Source of the DNA: Deltaproteobacteria bacterium
GTDB taxonomy: Bacteria > Desulfobacterota > Binatia > HRBIN30 > CADEER01
Direction: 5' to 3'
NCBI GenBank assembly: GCA_029262455.1
Contig: JAJCZJ010000088.1
Coordinates: 270,273 to 334,272, forward strand
Length of the DNA stretch: 64,000 bases
Below the pieces are notes generated by a model, which saw nothing but the letters and a program-made list of their open reading frames with translations, was not told the DNA's origin and made no database searches. Shown here in pieces: positions 1 through 9,933 of this stretch. Position numbers and translations under genes: made by a program. Position 1 is the first letter of the stretch. Each line of letters starts with the position of its first letter.

Positions 1-1546
1 CGAAGGTTTTCGTATAGGCCAGCGGAGTGAAGAGTTTTCCCTCGGCCGCTTCCATCGTGAAGACGGGAAGGAAACTCACGACCGTCGTCGACACTGCAGT
101 CAGGACAGCGCCTCCCACCTCGGAAGCAGCACGGTGAATCGCATCGAGCCGGCTCTGCTCAGGCGGCCGGTTCTCCAGCTTCTGTAGAATGTTCTCACAA
201 AGGACAATCCCCATATCGACCATCGTTCCAATCGCGATGGCGATCCCCGAGAGAGCGACAATGTTCGCGTCCACTCCAAAGCGCTTCATCCCGATGAACG
301 TCATGAGGATCGCAAGCGGGAGCAGCCCGGCGATGAGAAGGGAAGAGCGCAAGTGAAGCACCATCATCGCGACAACGATGATGGTCACAAGGATCTCCTC
401 GACAAGCGCCGTGTTGAGCGTCCCGAGGGTTTCGTAGATCAATCCCGTGCGATCGTAGAAGGGTACAATCACCACTTTTGAAACTGTCCCATCAGCCAGC
501 ACCTTCTTCGGAAGTCCGGCCGAGATTTCGGCGATTTTCTTCTTTACGTTCTTGATGACGGCGAGCGGATTCGCCCCGTAGCGGGCAACCACAACACCAC
601 CGACCGCTTCGGCTCCCCCCTTACTCAGAGCGCCGCGACGGAGCGCCGGGCCTTCGGTTACAACCGCCACGTCCTTGACGTAGACCGGAACATTCTCGTT
701 GGCCTTGATGACCGCGTTCTCGATGTCAGCAAGGCTGCGGATGAACCCGAGCCCACGGATGAAGTACTCAACGCCGTTGATTTCGATGTTCCCGGCTCCG
801 ACGTCCAGATTGCTCATCGCCGTCGCTTCCGCGACGTCGCCGATGCTCACGCCGAACGCTCGCATTGCGTCTGGGTCGACATCGATCTGGTACTCGCGAA
901 CGAACCCTCCAACGCTCGCAACCTCGCTGACGCCCTCAGCCGCCATCAGCGCATAACGCACATACCAGTCCTGCGCCGTTCGAAGCTCATCCAGATTCCA
1001 ACCCCCGGCGGGTTGGCCCTCTTCGTCACGGCCTTCGAGCGTGTACCAGAAAACTTGCCCCAATGCCGTCGCGTCTGGCCCAAGCGCCGGCTGTACATCG
1101 GAGGGTAGCGTCCCCGCCGGCAGACTGGCGAGCTTCTCGAGCACCCGCGTCCGCGACCAATAGAAGTCAACTCCTCCCTTGAAGATGATGTAGACCGACG
1201 AGAATCCGAAGAATGAGTAGCTTCGAATCGTCTTCACTCCCGGAATGCCGAGGAGAGAGACCGTCAGTGGGTAGGTAATCTGATCCTCGACATCCTGCGG
1301 CGAACGCCCCATCCACTCGGTGAACACAATCTGCTGATTCTCGCCGATGTCCGGAATCGCATCGACCGGCACGGGGTCGCGCGGCAACGATTGAATATCC
1401 CAGTCGAAGGGTGCCACCAGCACTCCCCAACCGATGAAGAGAGCGGTGGTGAGCACGACCACGAGTTTGTTCTCGAGGCAGAACCGAATGATGCTGGAGA
1501 TCGCCCCAGTCGCGGGCGGGCCGGATTGTGGTTCTATCGACGCCAT
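1..1546 (-). CDS. CusA/CzcA-family heavy-metal efflux RND transporter, N-terminal ~515 aa (gene continues past the window start)
   Basis: Reverse translation from the ATG at 1546 gives MASIEPQSGPPATGAISSIIRFCLENKLVVVLTTALFIGWGVLVAPFDWDIQ..., typical of the N-terminus and first TM helix of HME-RND pumps. It lies 9 nt downstream of the adaptor gene on the same strand. Confidence 0.8.
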   Translation of the reverse strand, partial: MASIEPQSGPPATGAISSIIRFCLENKLVVVLTTALFIGWGVLVAPFDWDIQSLPRDPVPVDAIPDIGENQQIVFTEWMGRSPQDVEDQITYPLTVSLLGIPGVKTIRSYSFFGFSSVYIIFKGGVDFYWSRTRVLEKLASLPAGTLPSDVQPALGPDATALGQVFWYTLEGRDEEGQPAGGWNLDELRTAQDWYVRYALMAAEGVSEVASVGGFVREYQIDVDPDAMRAFGVSIGDVAEATAMSNLDVGAGNIEINGVEYFIRGLGFIRSLADIENAVIKANENVPVYVKDVAVVTEGPALRRGALSKGGAEAVGGVVVARYGANPLAVIKNVKKKIAEISAGLPKKVLADGTVSKVVIVPFYDRTGLIYETLGTLNTALVEEILVTIIVVAMMVLHLRSSLLIAGLLPLAILMTFIGMKRFGVDANIVALSGIAIAIGTMVDMGIVLCENILQKLENRPPEQSRLDAIHRAASEVGGAVLTAVSTTVVSFLPVFTMEAAEGKLFTPLAYTKTF

Positions 1547-1555
1547 CACCGCCCC

Positions 1556-3046
1556 CTAGTGTCCCGCGTGCTGATGGCCACCGGCCGCCGCTGGGGCACC
1601 ATCGGCGCTCATCATACTCGGGCGAGCCTGGATCTGCAGCGAGCTATCGATTTTGAAGCTGCCCTTCACCACGACCTGTTCCCCCACCTCGAGACCGCTT
1701 CGAATCACATAGTGCTCGCCTGCCCGGGGGCCAAGCACGACAACGCGTCCCTCGAAAGTCGGCCGATCTTCGCCGGGTACGCGCACGTAAACCACCGCGC
1801 GCTCCCCGGTAATGAGCAAAGACTCATAGGGCACGACAATCGGCGCATGCTGCTCGTCCGCCGGCGCATACCCGAGGTCCTCCGCCTTGACCAGCGCCAT
1901 GCCACAAATCGGACACGACCCAGCTTCGTCTCGAACCACTTCAGGATGCATCGGGCCAATCCATTTACCCTCGAGGGTTGGGTCCATGACCCGACCGCCC
2001 TGCGCGACACCGGCGCGCACGACAGCGCGCACAAACATCTCAGGCTTGAGTCGCCCATCCGGATTGTCGACGTTGACGCGAATCTTGACCGTGCGAGTTT
2101 TCGGATTGAGAATCGGGTCGATGAACGCGATCCTGCCGTGGAAGGGTTCACCCGGGTAGGCCTCCGTGGTGAACTCCACGTCTTGGCCAAAACGAATCCA
2201 AGACATGTCGGATTCGTAGGCATCGAGCTGCACCCAAACCTTTGAGAGATCCGCAATCTTGTAGATCGGGGTGCCGGTGTCGACGTACAAGCCTTCGACC
2301 GCGCTCTTGTGCACCACCGTGCCACTTGCCGGCGCATAGATGGTCAAGTGGTCCGTAGCGCTACCGCGCTGCTCGATGCCGCGAACTTGCTGTTGGGTCA
2401 ACCCGAGAAGGCGAAGCTTCTCGCGCGCAGAATCAATCGTTGCGCGGGTGGACTCGCGCAACACCGATAGACCACTCCCCTTGAGCTCCGCGGTCGCCCG
2501 CTTGGCCTGCAAGAGCTCCTCCTGAACCGTGACTAGCTCTGGGCTGTAGAGCGACACCAGATGGTCGCCCTTCTTCACCTGGACGCCGGTGTAGTCGACG
2601 AAGAGACGGTCGATTCGGCCAGGCACCCAGGCAGCGATGTTGCGTAGTCGCGTCTCGTCGTAGTCGACTTTGCCGACCATCCGAACCGCGCGAGTGACCA
2701 ACATGCGCTTCACTGGTGCCGTCTCGATCTCAGCGATGGCAACCGCTGCCTGGCTCATGGCCAGGCGCCGCGGATGCTTCTCTCCATCGGCGGCCCTGTC
2801 CCCGGTTTTGACAGGTATGAGGTCCATCCCGCAGATGGGACATTTTCCGGGACCGCTCAACTTGATCTGCGGATGCATCGAGCAGCTCCAAAACTCATCG
2901 GCCGCCGCAGCCGCGGCGCCGTGCCCGGCGTGTTCGTCCATCTCCGTCACCTGATGAGTTCCGTGTGACATCGACGACAGGCGGCCGAGAACAAAGCTCA
3001 CCGAAACTAACACAACAAGGCCAATGGCTAGTCCACTTCGATTCAT
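1556..3046 (-). CDS. Efflux RND periplasmic adaptor (CusB/CzcB-like) with two heavy-metal-binding CPICGM modules and a C-terminal His-rich tail
   Basis: 496-aa ORF with HlyD/MFP-like beta-barrel and lipoyl regions. Two copies of W/GxMHPxxxxxxxxxCPICGMxL (SCSMHPQ...CPICGMDL and GPMHPEV...CPICGMAL). Ends in GGHQHAGH. Confidence 0.85.
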   Translation of the reverse strand: MNRSGLAIGLVVLVSVSFVLGRLSSMSHGTHQVTEMDEHAGHGAAAAAADEFWSCSMHPQIKLSGPGKCPICGMDLIPVKTGDRAADGEKHPRRLAMSQAAVAIAEIETAPVKRMLVTRAVRMVGKVDYDETRLRNIAAWVPGRIDRLFVDYTGVQVKKGDHLVSLYSPELVTVQEELLQAKRATAELKGSGLSVLRESTRATIDSAREKLRLLGLTQQQVRGIEQRGSATDHLTIYAPASGTVVHKSAVEGLYVDTGTPIYKIADLSKVWVQLDAYESDMSWIRFGQDVEFTTEAYPGEPFHGRIAFIDPILNPKTRTVKIRVNVDNPDGRLKPEMFVRAVVRAGVAQGGRVMDPTLEGKWIGPMHPEVVRDEAGSCPICGMALVKAEDLGYAPADEQHAPIVVPYESLLITGERAVVYVRVPGEDRPTFEGRVVVLGPRAGEHYVIRSGLEVGEQVVVKGSFKIDSSLQIQARPSMMSADGAPAAAGGHQHAGH

Positions 3047-4443
3047 TGCTTGTCCTCCTCCGAGGAAGATTCGGTTGCCACCCCATCACGCAGTGATCGT
3101 CCAACCAGCATCTCGCTCTCGGCCAGGCGCTGCTCTTGATCAGCCAGAGCGCGTTGGTACGCGAGACGAAAATCGAGCAGGGTGCGTTGCGCGTCGAGCA
3201 AGTCCAGTGAATCTGCCTCACCGGACTCGTACGCCGTGAAAGTCGCGGCGAGGGACTCGTTGCCTTTGGGCACCAGCCCGTTTCCGTAGAGATTGACCTT
3301 GCGCACGGCGTCCTGAAACTTGTAGAGCGCAAGAGCCACCCCGCTTGCGAGTTCGCGCTCACGGTCGGCCCTGCGTTCGCTGGCGGCAGCGCGGCGTGCT
3401 TCTGCTTCACGCACCCCGGCACCGTACTTGTTCCCCCAAACCGGTAGGTTGACTGAAAAACTGCCGATGACGGCGTCTTTGCCGTTGTCGCCGAGGCCAT
3501 CCACCGACCTCGACGCGGTGTCGATCCACTGCAGCCCAAAGGTCACATCCGGAAAGAAGTCTTTGCGCGCAAGCGCGATCGCGTGCTCTTCTTTCGCTAC
3601 CGCGGCGTCGAGCGCGCGAAGCTCAGGGCTCGTGCTGCCGAGCTGCCCAATCACACTACGCGTATCGACTGAGACCTGCGCCTCGGCGATGATCTTCGGC
3701 CACGGCAAGGCTCCACCCGGGCGATTGAGCGCAGCGTTGAGCCCCGCAACAAGCGGCCCTCGCAGCTCTTCGAGAGTCCGCTCTCGATCATCGAGTTTGC
3801 CGAGCTCGACTTGGACTTTGATCACATCGGGATACCGGCCCATGCCTACCCGATACTTGGCCAGCGCAAGCTTCTCCCAGTATCTGAGCAGCTCAATGTT
3901 CTCCCGGGTGATCGAGAGCGCCTGGCCCAGGTAGTAATATTCTGCGTAGGCCTCGGTCACTCGGTAGAACAAGCCGAGCTTCAAGGCCTCAAACCGCTCT
4001 CTCTTTTCCTCCGCTGCCGCTGCGGCGACATCGCCGCGCAGACCCCGCTTGCCGAGCCAAGGGACCATCTGCGAAGCCCCCAAACGATGGCGCTGAGCGC
4101 CCACACGGGTCTCCACGGAGCGAAGATAATAGCCGTAAGACAAGTTTGGATCCGGCAGCGCTTCCGCCTGCGGTACTCTCTCCATCGCTGCAATCCAGTC
4201 GTAGTAAGTCGCCCGAAGTCCTGCGTTGCGGAGCGCCGCGTAGCGGAGGTAGTCCTCCAGCGTCGGCTCTTCCGGGAGCGCTTGCAAATCGCTGGCGACA
4301 GCTCCCCCAGGCTCGAGAACCTCGGCGAGCGCGTGCGCGGGAGTTTGAACTTCGCTCGCCGACGCAGCGCAACTCGCCAGAACGAGGGCTCCGCCAATCA
4401 ATACCCGAATAGCTTGATTCCGGATCATTGGATGTACTCCCAA
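3043..4443 (-). CDS. Outer membrane efflux protein (TolC/CusC family) of the RND system
   Basis: 466 aa with an N-terminal signal peptide (MIRNQAIRVLIGGALVLASCAASAS) and coiled-coil Ala/Leu/Arg-rich OMF repeats. Overlaps the adaptor gene by 4 nt (ATGA), as in an operon. Confidence 0.8.
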   Translation of the reverse strand: MGVHPMIRNQAIRVLIGGALVLASCAASASEVQTPAHALAEVLEPGGAVASDLQALPEEPTLEDYLRYAALRNAGLRATYYDWIAAMERVPQAEALPDPNLSYGYYLRSVETRVGAQRHRLGASQMVPWLGKRGLRGDVAAAAAEEKRERFEALKLGLFYRVTEAYAEYYYLGQALSITRENIELLRYWEKLALAKYRVGMGRYPDVIKVQVELGKLDDRERTLEELRGPLVAGLNAALNRPGGALPWPKIIAEAQVSVDTRSVIGQLGSTSPELRALDAAVAKEEHAIALARKDFFPDVTFGLQWIDTASRSVDGLGDNGKDAVIGSFSVNLPVWGNKYGAGVREAEARRAAASERRADRERELASGVALALYKFQDAVRKVNLYGNGLVPKGNESLAATFTAYESGEADSLDLLDAQRTLLDFRLAYQRALADQEQRLAESEMLVGRSLRDGVATESSSEEDKQ

Positions 4444-4813
4444 ACCAGCTCCGCATCCATGCGATTCACGGCTATGTTTCTCATCTCGAGAAGTTGCCTC
4501 TTTCCATTGTGAATGTGTTCAGATCCCTTCCACGCAGGCACTAGGAGCTGCTCAGGTCGAAGCGACCCCACGGCCTCGGCATCTCTCCCTTTCGTCGGAG
4601 CAGTACCCCACCTTGGAAATGGCAGGGGAGTCCGATGCGTCGGCGACTTTCGTCAACGCAGAGCGAGACACTCAGCGAGAAGGGCGCACTTGTCCTTTAG
4701 ACGGAGCGACACTCTACGCAGCGGATGCACTGCGGCACCCACGGAGCCATCGCCTCCCCGTTGTCGACCCGAGCGGGGTCAACTACAGACGGATTGCGCC
4801 CGCCGTCGGCTCC

Positions 4814-5245
4814 TCAGCAGAGAATGGTCTGGAGAAGCAGGTAGCGGGGTGGAGAGTGCGAATGGGGCGCCTGGACGGGACCCTTCGCAACAAGACGTCT
4901 TCCCTCAATCGCAGTAGCAGTGAGGGGAGTTACCAAAACCGCTACCGCTGCTGGGGTTCCAAGCCCGACGGCCGCAGAGTCCGCAACTGTAACCTGGAGC
5001 GACGGCCGACAGCAGTCAGATCCGGGAGTGTGATCGTGACCGTCGGCAGGAGCCGGCACCTGGTGATCCTCACCGTGATGTCCGTCTGGCGGGACCGCCT
5101 CCGGAGCCGACGCGCAGTGGGCAAGGGGCGTTTCAGCAGCCGTACAATTCGGGCACAGGACGACCAAGTAGGGCAACCAGGCCACGACGAGTGCTACCGG
5201 GAGCAAGCGCCGGGAACGGAGTTTATGGAAACCGGTCCTCACCAT
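4814..5245 (-). CDS. Hypothetical small membrane-anchored His/Cys-rich protein upstream of the cus operon (speculative)
   Basis: Internal ATG of ORF 4814..5353 gives MVRTGFHKLRSRRLLPVALVVAWLPYLVVLCPNCTAAE...DGHHGEDHQVPAPADGHDHTPGSDCC: an n-region, a TM/signal segment, CxxC and His clusters. The C-terminal half is low complexity. Confidence 0.25.
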   Translation of the reverse strand: MVRTGFHKLRSRRLLPVALVVAWLPYLVVLCPNCTAAETPLAHCASAPEAVPPDGHHGEDHQVPAPADGHDHTPGSDCCRPSLQVTVADSAAVGLGTPAAVAVLVTPLTATAIEGRRLVAKGPVQAPHSHSPPRYLLLQTILC

Positions 5246-5359
5246 CACGGGAGCAATGGTAGCAGAGGGCGTGTCCGGCCTCCAATCGAAATAACGCCTC
5301 CGAGAAATCGTCGGGAACGAGAGTCTCCTGGGATCGAAGGCCCCGGAGGACACACAACG

Positions 5360-6910
5360 TCAGACCGGCTGGAGGACGATTGCGTTGGTCGGCGAGATCT
5401 CGCCCCGAAACACCTGTCCCTCATCCGGCAGCTTCGTACTCACTGCGACCTGATAGTCGCCGTCTAAGTCGATCGTTCGCTGCTCATCGGCAAACGAGAT
5501 GATCACGACTCGCTCGTCGGAATCGGTCCCGCGACGCCAAGCGAGTAGGTGCTCATCGGTCGGCAGCCATTCGAAGGAACCGCTCCACAACGCCGGCGAC
5601 TGACGACGGTGCACAAGCAAGCGTCGATAAAAGTGCAGGACGGAGTCGGGATCGCTGCGCTGCGCCTGCCAGCTTCGTTCAGCCGGTTTGGGGGAAAAGG
5701 GGAGCCAGGGCTCCTTCTGCCAGCCGTGTGGCGATTCGACTTCCCAGGGGATCGGTGCGCGACAGCCGTCGCGCCCACCGGGGTCGACGCGGGCCTCCTC
5801 GGGAACGTCGGCATCCTCGAGGCCGAGCTCTTCTCCCATGTACATAAACGGTGTACCGCGCAGCCCGAGTAGAAGAACCGCCGCGGCGCGGGCGCGGTCT
5901 TCTCCGCCGCCGAAGCGAGTACGTTGCCGACTGAAATCGTGGTTGGAGACTACCCAAGTCGGCCATGCTCGATGGCGCTCGAGTACGCCGTAGGTCGTAT
6001 CGATGCAGTTTCGCCAAGCAGCGGCGTCCCACGGTAGAAAGATCGCTGGAAAGTTGAACGCCAAGTGAAGTTCGTCACCGCGCCCGTGGTAGGTCGCCAT
6101 GCGCTCGACGTCCAAGAGAAAGACCTCGCCGACCATCATTCGCTGATCGGCGTACGATCCGAGCAGTTCGCGAATGTCGCGCAGGAAATCGTGCGTGACG
6201 TCTGCATCGTTGAGCGCGCAGTGAGGGATCTTTTCCAGCTTCGCTGGAACCGAGGCCAGAGCCGCATCTTTCCCGATGTTGTGCACGACGTCAGCGCGGA
6301 ATCCGTCGACACCGCGATCGAGCCAGAAGCGCAGGGTGTCGTGCATCGCCGCGCGGAGATCGGGGTTCGCCCAATTCAAGTCGGGCTGCTCGGACAGGAA
6401 CGAGTGCAGGTAGAACTGGCCCGTGTGCTGATCGAGAGTCCAAGCCGGCCCGCCATCTGAGAAAGCCGATGCCCAATTGTTCGGCACCTCTCCGTTCGGA
6501 CCCGGATCGCGCCACACATACCAGTCGCGTCGCGCGCTATCGCGCGAAGAGCGCGCATCGAGAAACCAAGCGTGGTCACTCGAGGTGTGGGCCGGCACCC
6601 AATCGATGATGACTCGCAGCCCGAGCGCGTGGGCGTTCTCGATCAACCGGTCGAAGTCCGCGAGCGTCCCGAACAACGGATCAACCTCGCAGTAGTCCGA
6701 GACGTCATACCCGAAGTCGCGCATCGGTGATTTGAAGAACGGCGATATCCAGAGCGCATCGACGCCGAGCCAAACCAGATCATCGAGGTGCGCGGTGATC
6801 CCGCGCAAATCGCCGACCCCGCTGCCCGACGAATCCGAAAAAGAGCGCGGGTAGATCTGGTAGAAAACCGCCTCCTCCCACCACGCAACCGAGCTCACCG
6901 CTTCCGCCAT
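5360..6910 (-). CDS. GH13 alpha-glucosidase (oligo-1,6-glucosidase / trehalose-6-phosphate-hydrolase-like)
   Basis: WWEEAVFYQIYPRSF, GDLRGITAHLDDLVWLGVDALWISPFFKSPMRDFGYDVSDY and GLRVIIDWVPAHTS are GH13 signature blocks. The ATG at 6910 is preferred over the TTG at 6958. Confidence 0.85.
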   Translation of the reverse strand: MAEAVSSVAWWEEAVFYQIYPRSFSDSSGSGVGDLRGITAHLDDLVWLGVDALWISPFFKSPMRDFGYDVSDYCEVDPLFGTLADFDRLIENAHALGLRVIIDWVPAHTSSDHAWFLDARSSRDSARRDWYVWRDPGPNGEVPNNWASAFSDGGPAWTLDQHTGQFYLHSFLSEQPDLNWANPDLRAAMHDTLRFWLDRGVDGFRADVVHNIGKDAALASVPAKLEKIPHCALNDADVTHDFLRDIRELLGSYADQRMMVGEVFLLDVERMATYHGRGDELHLAFNFPAIFLPWDAAAWRNCIDTTYGVLERHRAWPTWVVSNHDFSRQRTRFGGGEDRARAAAVLLLGLRGTPFMYMGEELGLEDADVPEEARVDPGGRDGCRAPIPWEVESPHGWQKEPWLPFSPKPAERSWQAQRSDPDSVLHFYRRLLVHRRQSPALWSGSFEWLPTDEHLLAWRRGTDSDERVVIISFADEQRTIDLDGDYQVAVSTKLPDEGQVFRGEISPTNAIVLQPV

Positions 6911-7146
6911 GAGAACGTCGTAGTTGATTGTAGGCGCATCACCAAACTCTGCGGACAAAAAGGGTCATCTCGATCGGCTACGAGGATGGGAACGACAAGT
7001 CGTTGACGAGTTGGTGATCTGAGCGGGGAGGGACGACCGGCTACGTGACCCATCAAAGATGCTGGCATGCTGATTGCTGTTCACTAGTCCAATCTCACTT
7101 CGTCATCAGTTCTTGGACCTGCCTCTCACCTTTGGGATAGACCACC

Positions 7147-7494
7147 ATGTCGATCGATTTATGCCCCGCCCTCGTCTCAATGACCGCAGAGCTCGAAAAG
7201 TGCGATGTAGTTCGCGTCAAAGAGATTCTCTTCGCGGCCCTGCGATGGTCGGACGACCATTCTCTCACTCCGGAGTCTCGCAAGGGCGCCGGCCACGTAA
7301 TCGAGTTGGCGCGTCTCGAACTCTCCGTGCGACGGCGCCCTCCGACAAGCGAAAAGCAGGCCCAGCTCATCGCCCGACTCCGAGAAACGCTGCCGCCATC
7401 CATGCGGACGATCGCCGCGGGCATCCAGGCACGTGACCAGCCGTCACAGGAGAAAACCAATCGCCAGGTCGGCAGCACCGAGGAAGACGCCTAG
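7147..7494 (+). CDS. Hypothetical 115-aa protein upstream of the MoxR-VWA pair
   Basis: ATG-initiated ORF with a coding-like composition and no recognisable motif. Confidence 0.3.
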   Translation: MSIDLCPALVSMTAELEKCDVVRVKEILFAALRWSDDHSLTPESRKGAGHVIELARLELSVRRRPPTSEKQAQLIARLRETLPPSMRTIAAGIQARDQPSQEKTNRQVGSTEEDA

Positions 7495-7754
7495 CGATCC
7501 GACTTCTCCCGCATCGCGATCCAGGATTCAGCGAGGATTCATTGAATCGAGGGCAGCCTTTGCTGGGCTGTCCGTTTCTACATGAGGAACTCAGAGTTTT
7601 CCCCCGGCTTTCACCCTGGGCGTAGGACTCTCCACCCCGTCAGGACGGTTGCCCGGGAGGCTCTGCCGATGGCCCCAGGCGTAGCTCGCACGTGCCACCT
7701 AACAGGCGACCCTCGTCCTTGCGCCGCCGTGGCGCTGCCGATAGGGGTTATCGG

Positions 7755-8636
7755 ATGGAGATGAACGACGAATTCCTTCGTTTTAAGGGCACTGAGGGCT
7801 ACATCGCCTCCGGTCCTTTGGTCGACGCTGTCAACTGTGCCATCGCCCTCGAGCGACCGCTTCTTCTAAAAGGCGAGCCTGGCACAGGAAAAACCGTGCT
7901 AGCTCGGCACGTTGCCGAGGGACTCGATATGCCGATGTTGTCTTGGCACATCAAGTCAACCTCGAAAGCGGCGGACGGCTTGTACGTCTACGACACCGTG
8001 CAGCGACTCAACGACAGTCGCTTTGGTGGCGGTAATGTGTCGGACATCAACCACTACATCAAACTCGGCCCGCTTGGGCAGGCCTTCGAGGCGAAGCAAC
8101 GTCAAGTCTTGCTGATCGACGAAATCGACAAAGCCGACCTCGAGTTTCCCAACGACCTCCTGCGCGAGCTCGACGAGATGCGTTTCACGATCAACGAAAC
8201 CAGCCGTGAAGTCGTCGCCGCCGAACGACCGGTGATGCTGATCACTTCCAACAACGAGAAGGAACTGCCCGACGCTTTTCTCCGCCGTTGCGTGTTCTAC
8301 TTCATCGAATTTCCGAACGTTGAGCTGATGCGCCAGATCATCGCCGTTCACCATCCCAACCTCGACGCGCAACTGCTCGATCAAGTCCTGATCAAGTTCT
8401 ACTGGCTGCGCGAGCAAAGCGAGTTGCGCAAGAAGCCTTCCACATCAGAGCTCATCGACTGGATCAGTGCGCTGTTACGTTCGGGAATCTCCATGGAGCA
8501 GCTCGAGTCCCACATTCCGTTCATCGGCGCGCTGCTCAAGACCGAGCAGGACGTCGAGTCGCTCAGCGAGTACAACAAGCGCGACGGACGCTTTCCGAGC
8601 AACTGGGAAGATTTGGGTCCGCGCTACAACCAGTAG
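7755..8636 (+). CDS. MoxR-like AAA+ ATPase (AAA_5; CoxD/CbbQ/NorQ-type)
   Basis: Walker A GEPGTGKT, Walker B LLIDEIDKAD and the sensor region LITSNNEKELPDAFLRRC. The ATG at 7755 is preceded by AGGGG. Confidence 0.85.
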   Translation: MEMNDEFLRFKGTEGYIASGPLVDAVNCAIALERPLLLKGEPGTGKTVLARHVAEGLDMPMLSWHIKSTSKAADGLYVYDTVQRLNDSRFGGGNVSDINHYIKLGPLGQAFEAKQRQVLLIDEIDKADLEFPNDLLRELDEMRFTINETSREVVAAERPVMLITSNNEKELPDAFLRRCVFYFIEFPNVELMRQIIAVHHPNLDAQLLDQVLIKFYWLREQSELRKKPSTSELIDWISALLRSGISMEQLESHIPFIGALLKTEQDVESLSEYNKRDGRFPSNWEDLGPRYNQ

Positions 8637-8659
8637 CCCGTACCCCGTACCCGAAAACA

Positions 8660-9862
8660 ATGTTTCTCGACTTTTTCTACGGACTGCGCGACGAAGGCGT
8701 GCCGATCGGCATCCAGGAGTGGCGTTCATTTCTCGAGGCCCTCGAGAAGGGCCTGCACGGCGCCAGCCTGTTGCGATTCTACCACCTCGGTCGGACGTGT
8801 TTGATCAAGAGCGAAACATATTTCGACGCATACGACCGAGTCTTCGCGCGTATCTTCAAGGGTATCGAAGGACAGTTCGGCGACGACGTCACCAACGAGG
8901 TGATGGACTGGCTCAACAATCCCGAGAACTTCAAAGGCCTCACCGAGGAACAACGAGCACAGCTAGAAGCTCTGTCGCGCGATGAGCTCATGCAGCGTTT
9001 TCTCGAGACCCTGCAAGAACAGGACGAGCGCCACGACGGCGGCGACAAATGGGTCGGCACCGGCGGTCGTTCACCGTTTGGCAACAACGGCGAACACCCA
9101 AGCGGCATCCGGGTCGGTGGCAAGAGCAAGAACCGGTCAGCAATGAAAGTCGCCGAAGAGAGGCGCTTCGAGGACTACCGCACGGATCAGCAACTCGATG
9201 TGCGCCAACTGAAGGTGTCGCTGCGCCGCTTACGCCAGCTCACCCGCACGGGGCAGGCGACAGAGCTCGACCTCGACGAGACCATCGACGAAACTTGTCG
9301 CAATGCGGGCGAGATCGAACTCGTCTTCCGGGCACCGCGTCGCAACAATGTTCGACTACTGCTGTTGATGGATGTCGGCGGGACCATGGACCCGTACTTC
9401 GAACCGGTCAGCCGTCTCCTCACGGCACTGCACGAGTACCACGGTCTGCGCGAGCTCAAGTCGTACTACTTCCACAACTGTATCTACGACAACGTCTACT
9501 CGAGCGGCCGACTGACCAAGGCCAACGCCGTCCCGACCGCAGACATCCTGCGCCGCCTCGATAGCCGTTGGAAAGTCGCCATCGTTGGCGATGCCGGCAT
9601 GCACCCCGCCGAGCTGCTCGAGCCTTACGGCTGCATCGACCCGCGCCAGGAGTCGGCAACCCCCGGCATCGTCTGGTTACAGCGGATCGCTGATCACTTT
9701 GAACGCATTGCCTGGATCAATCCGGACAATCGCGCCTACTGGAACGGCTCACACACATGTCGCATCGTGCAGCGCCAGTTCCCAATGTTCCACCTCAGCG
9801 TCGACGGTATCACCGAAGCAATGCAGGCCCTCGTCGGCGCCCGCCGCGCAAACGCTGCGTAG
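8660..9862 (+). CDS. VWA domain protein (CoxE-like), partner of the MoxR ATPase
   Basis: N-terminus MFLDFFYGLRDEGVPIGIQEW resembles the VWA_CoxE family. A C-terminal VWA/MIDAS-like region (LLLMDVGGTMDP) is present. It lies 24 nt downstream of the AAA gene. Confidence 0.75.
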   Translation: MFLDFFYGLRDEGVPIGIQEWRSFLEALEKGLHGASLLRFYHLGRTCLIKSETYFDAYDRVFARIFKGIEGQFGDDVTNEVMDWLNNPENFKGLTEEQRAQLEALSRDELMQRFLETLQEQDERHDGGDKWVGTGGRSPFGNNGEHPSGIRVGGKSKNRSAMKVAEERRFEDYRTDQQLDVRQLKVSLRRLRQLTRTGQATELDLDETIDETCRNAGEIELVFRAPRRNNVRLLLLMDVGGTMDPYFEPVSRLLTALHEYHGLRELKSYYFHNCIYDNVYSSGRLTKANAVPTADILRRLDSRWKVAIVGDAGMHPAELLEPYGCIDPRQESATPGIVWLQRIADHFERIAWINPDNRAYWNGSHTCRIVQRQFPMFHLSVDGITEAMQALVGARRANAA

Positions 9863-9933
9863 ACTCGATGCAGCGTGCCGTTCAAAGTCGTCAGGCTCGC
9901 AACATCGAGACTTGAAAGAGAGGCGACGAGGGT

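Noticed and set aside
1391-2245. 284-aa plus-strand ORF, and many other long Arg/Pro/Ala-rich ORFs antisense to real genes (e.g. 12358-14145, 13016-13705, 33952-35013, 53567-54883)
   Set aside because: They lie wholly inside well-supported genes on the opposite strand. Their composition (R/P/A/G-rich, low complexity) is the signature of open antisense frames in high-GC DNA.
4613-5467. 284-aa plus-strand ORF in the cus upstream gap
   Set aside because: Arg-rich, no motifs, poor coding-like character. A minus-strand small ORF is more plausible, though it is itself uncertain.
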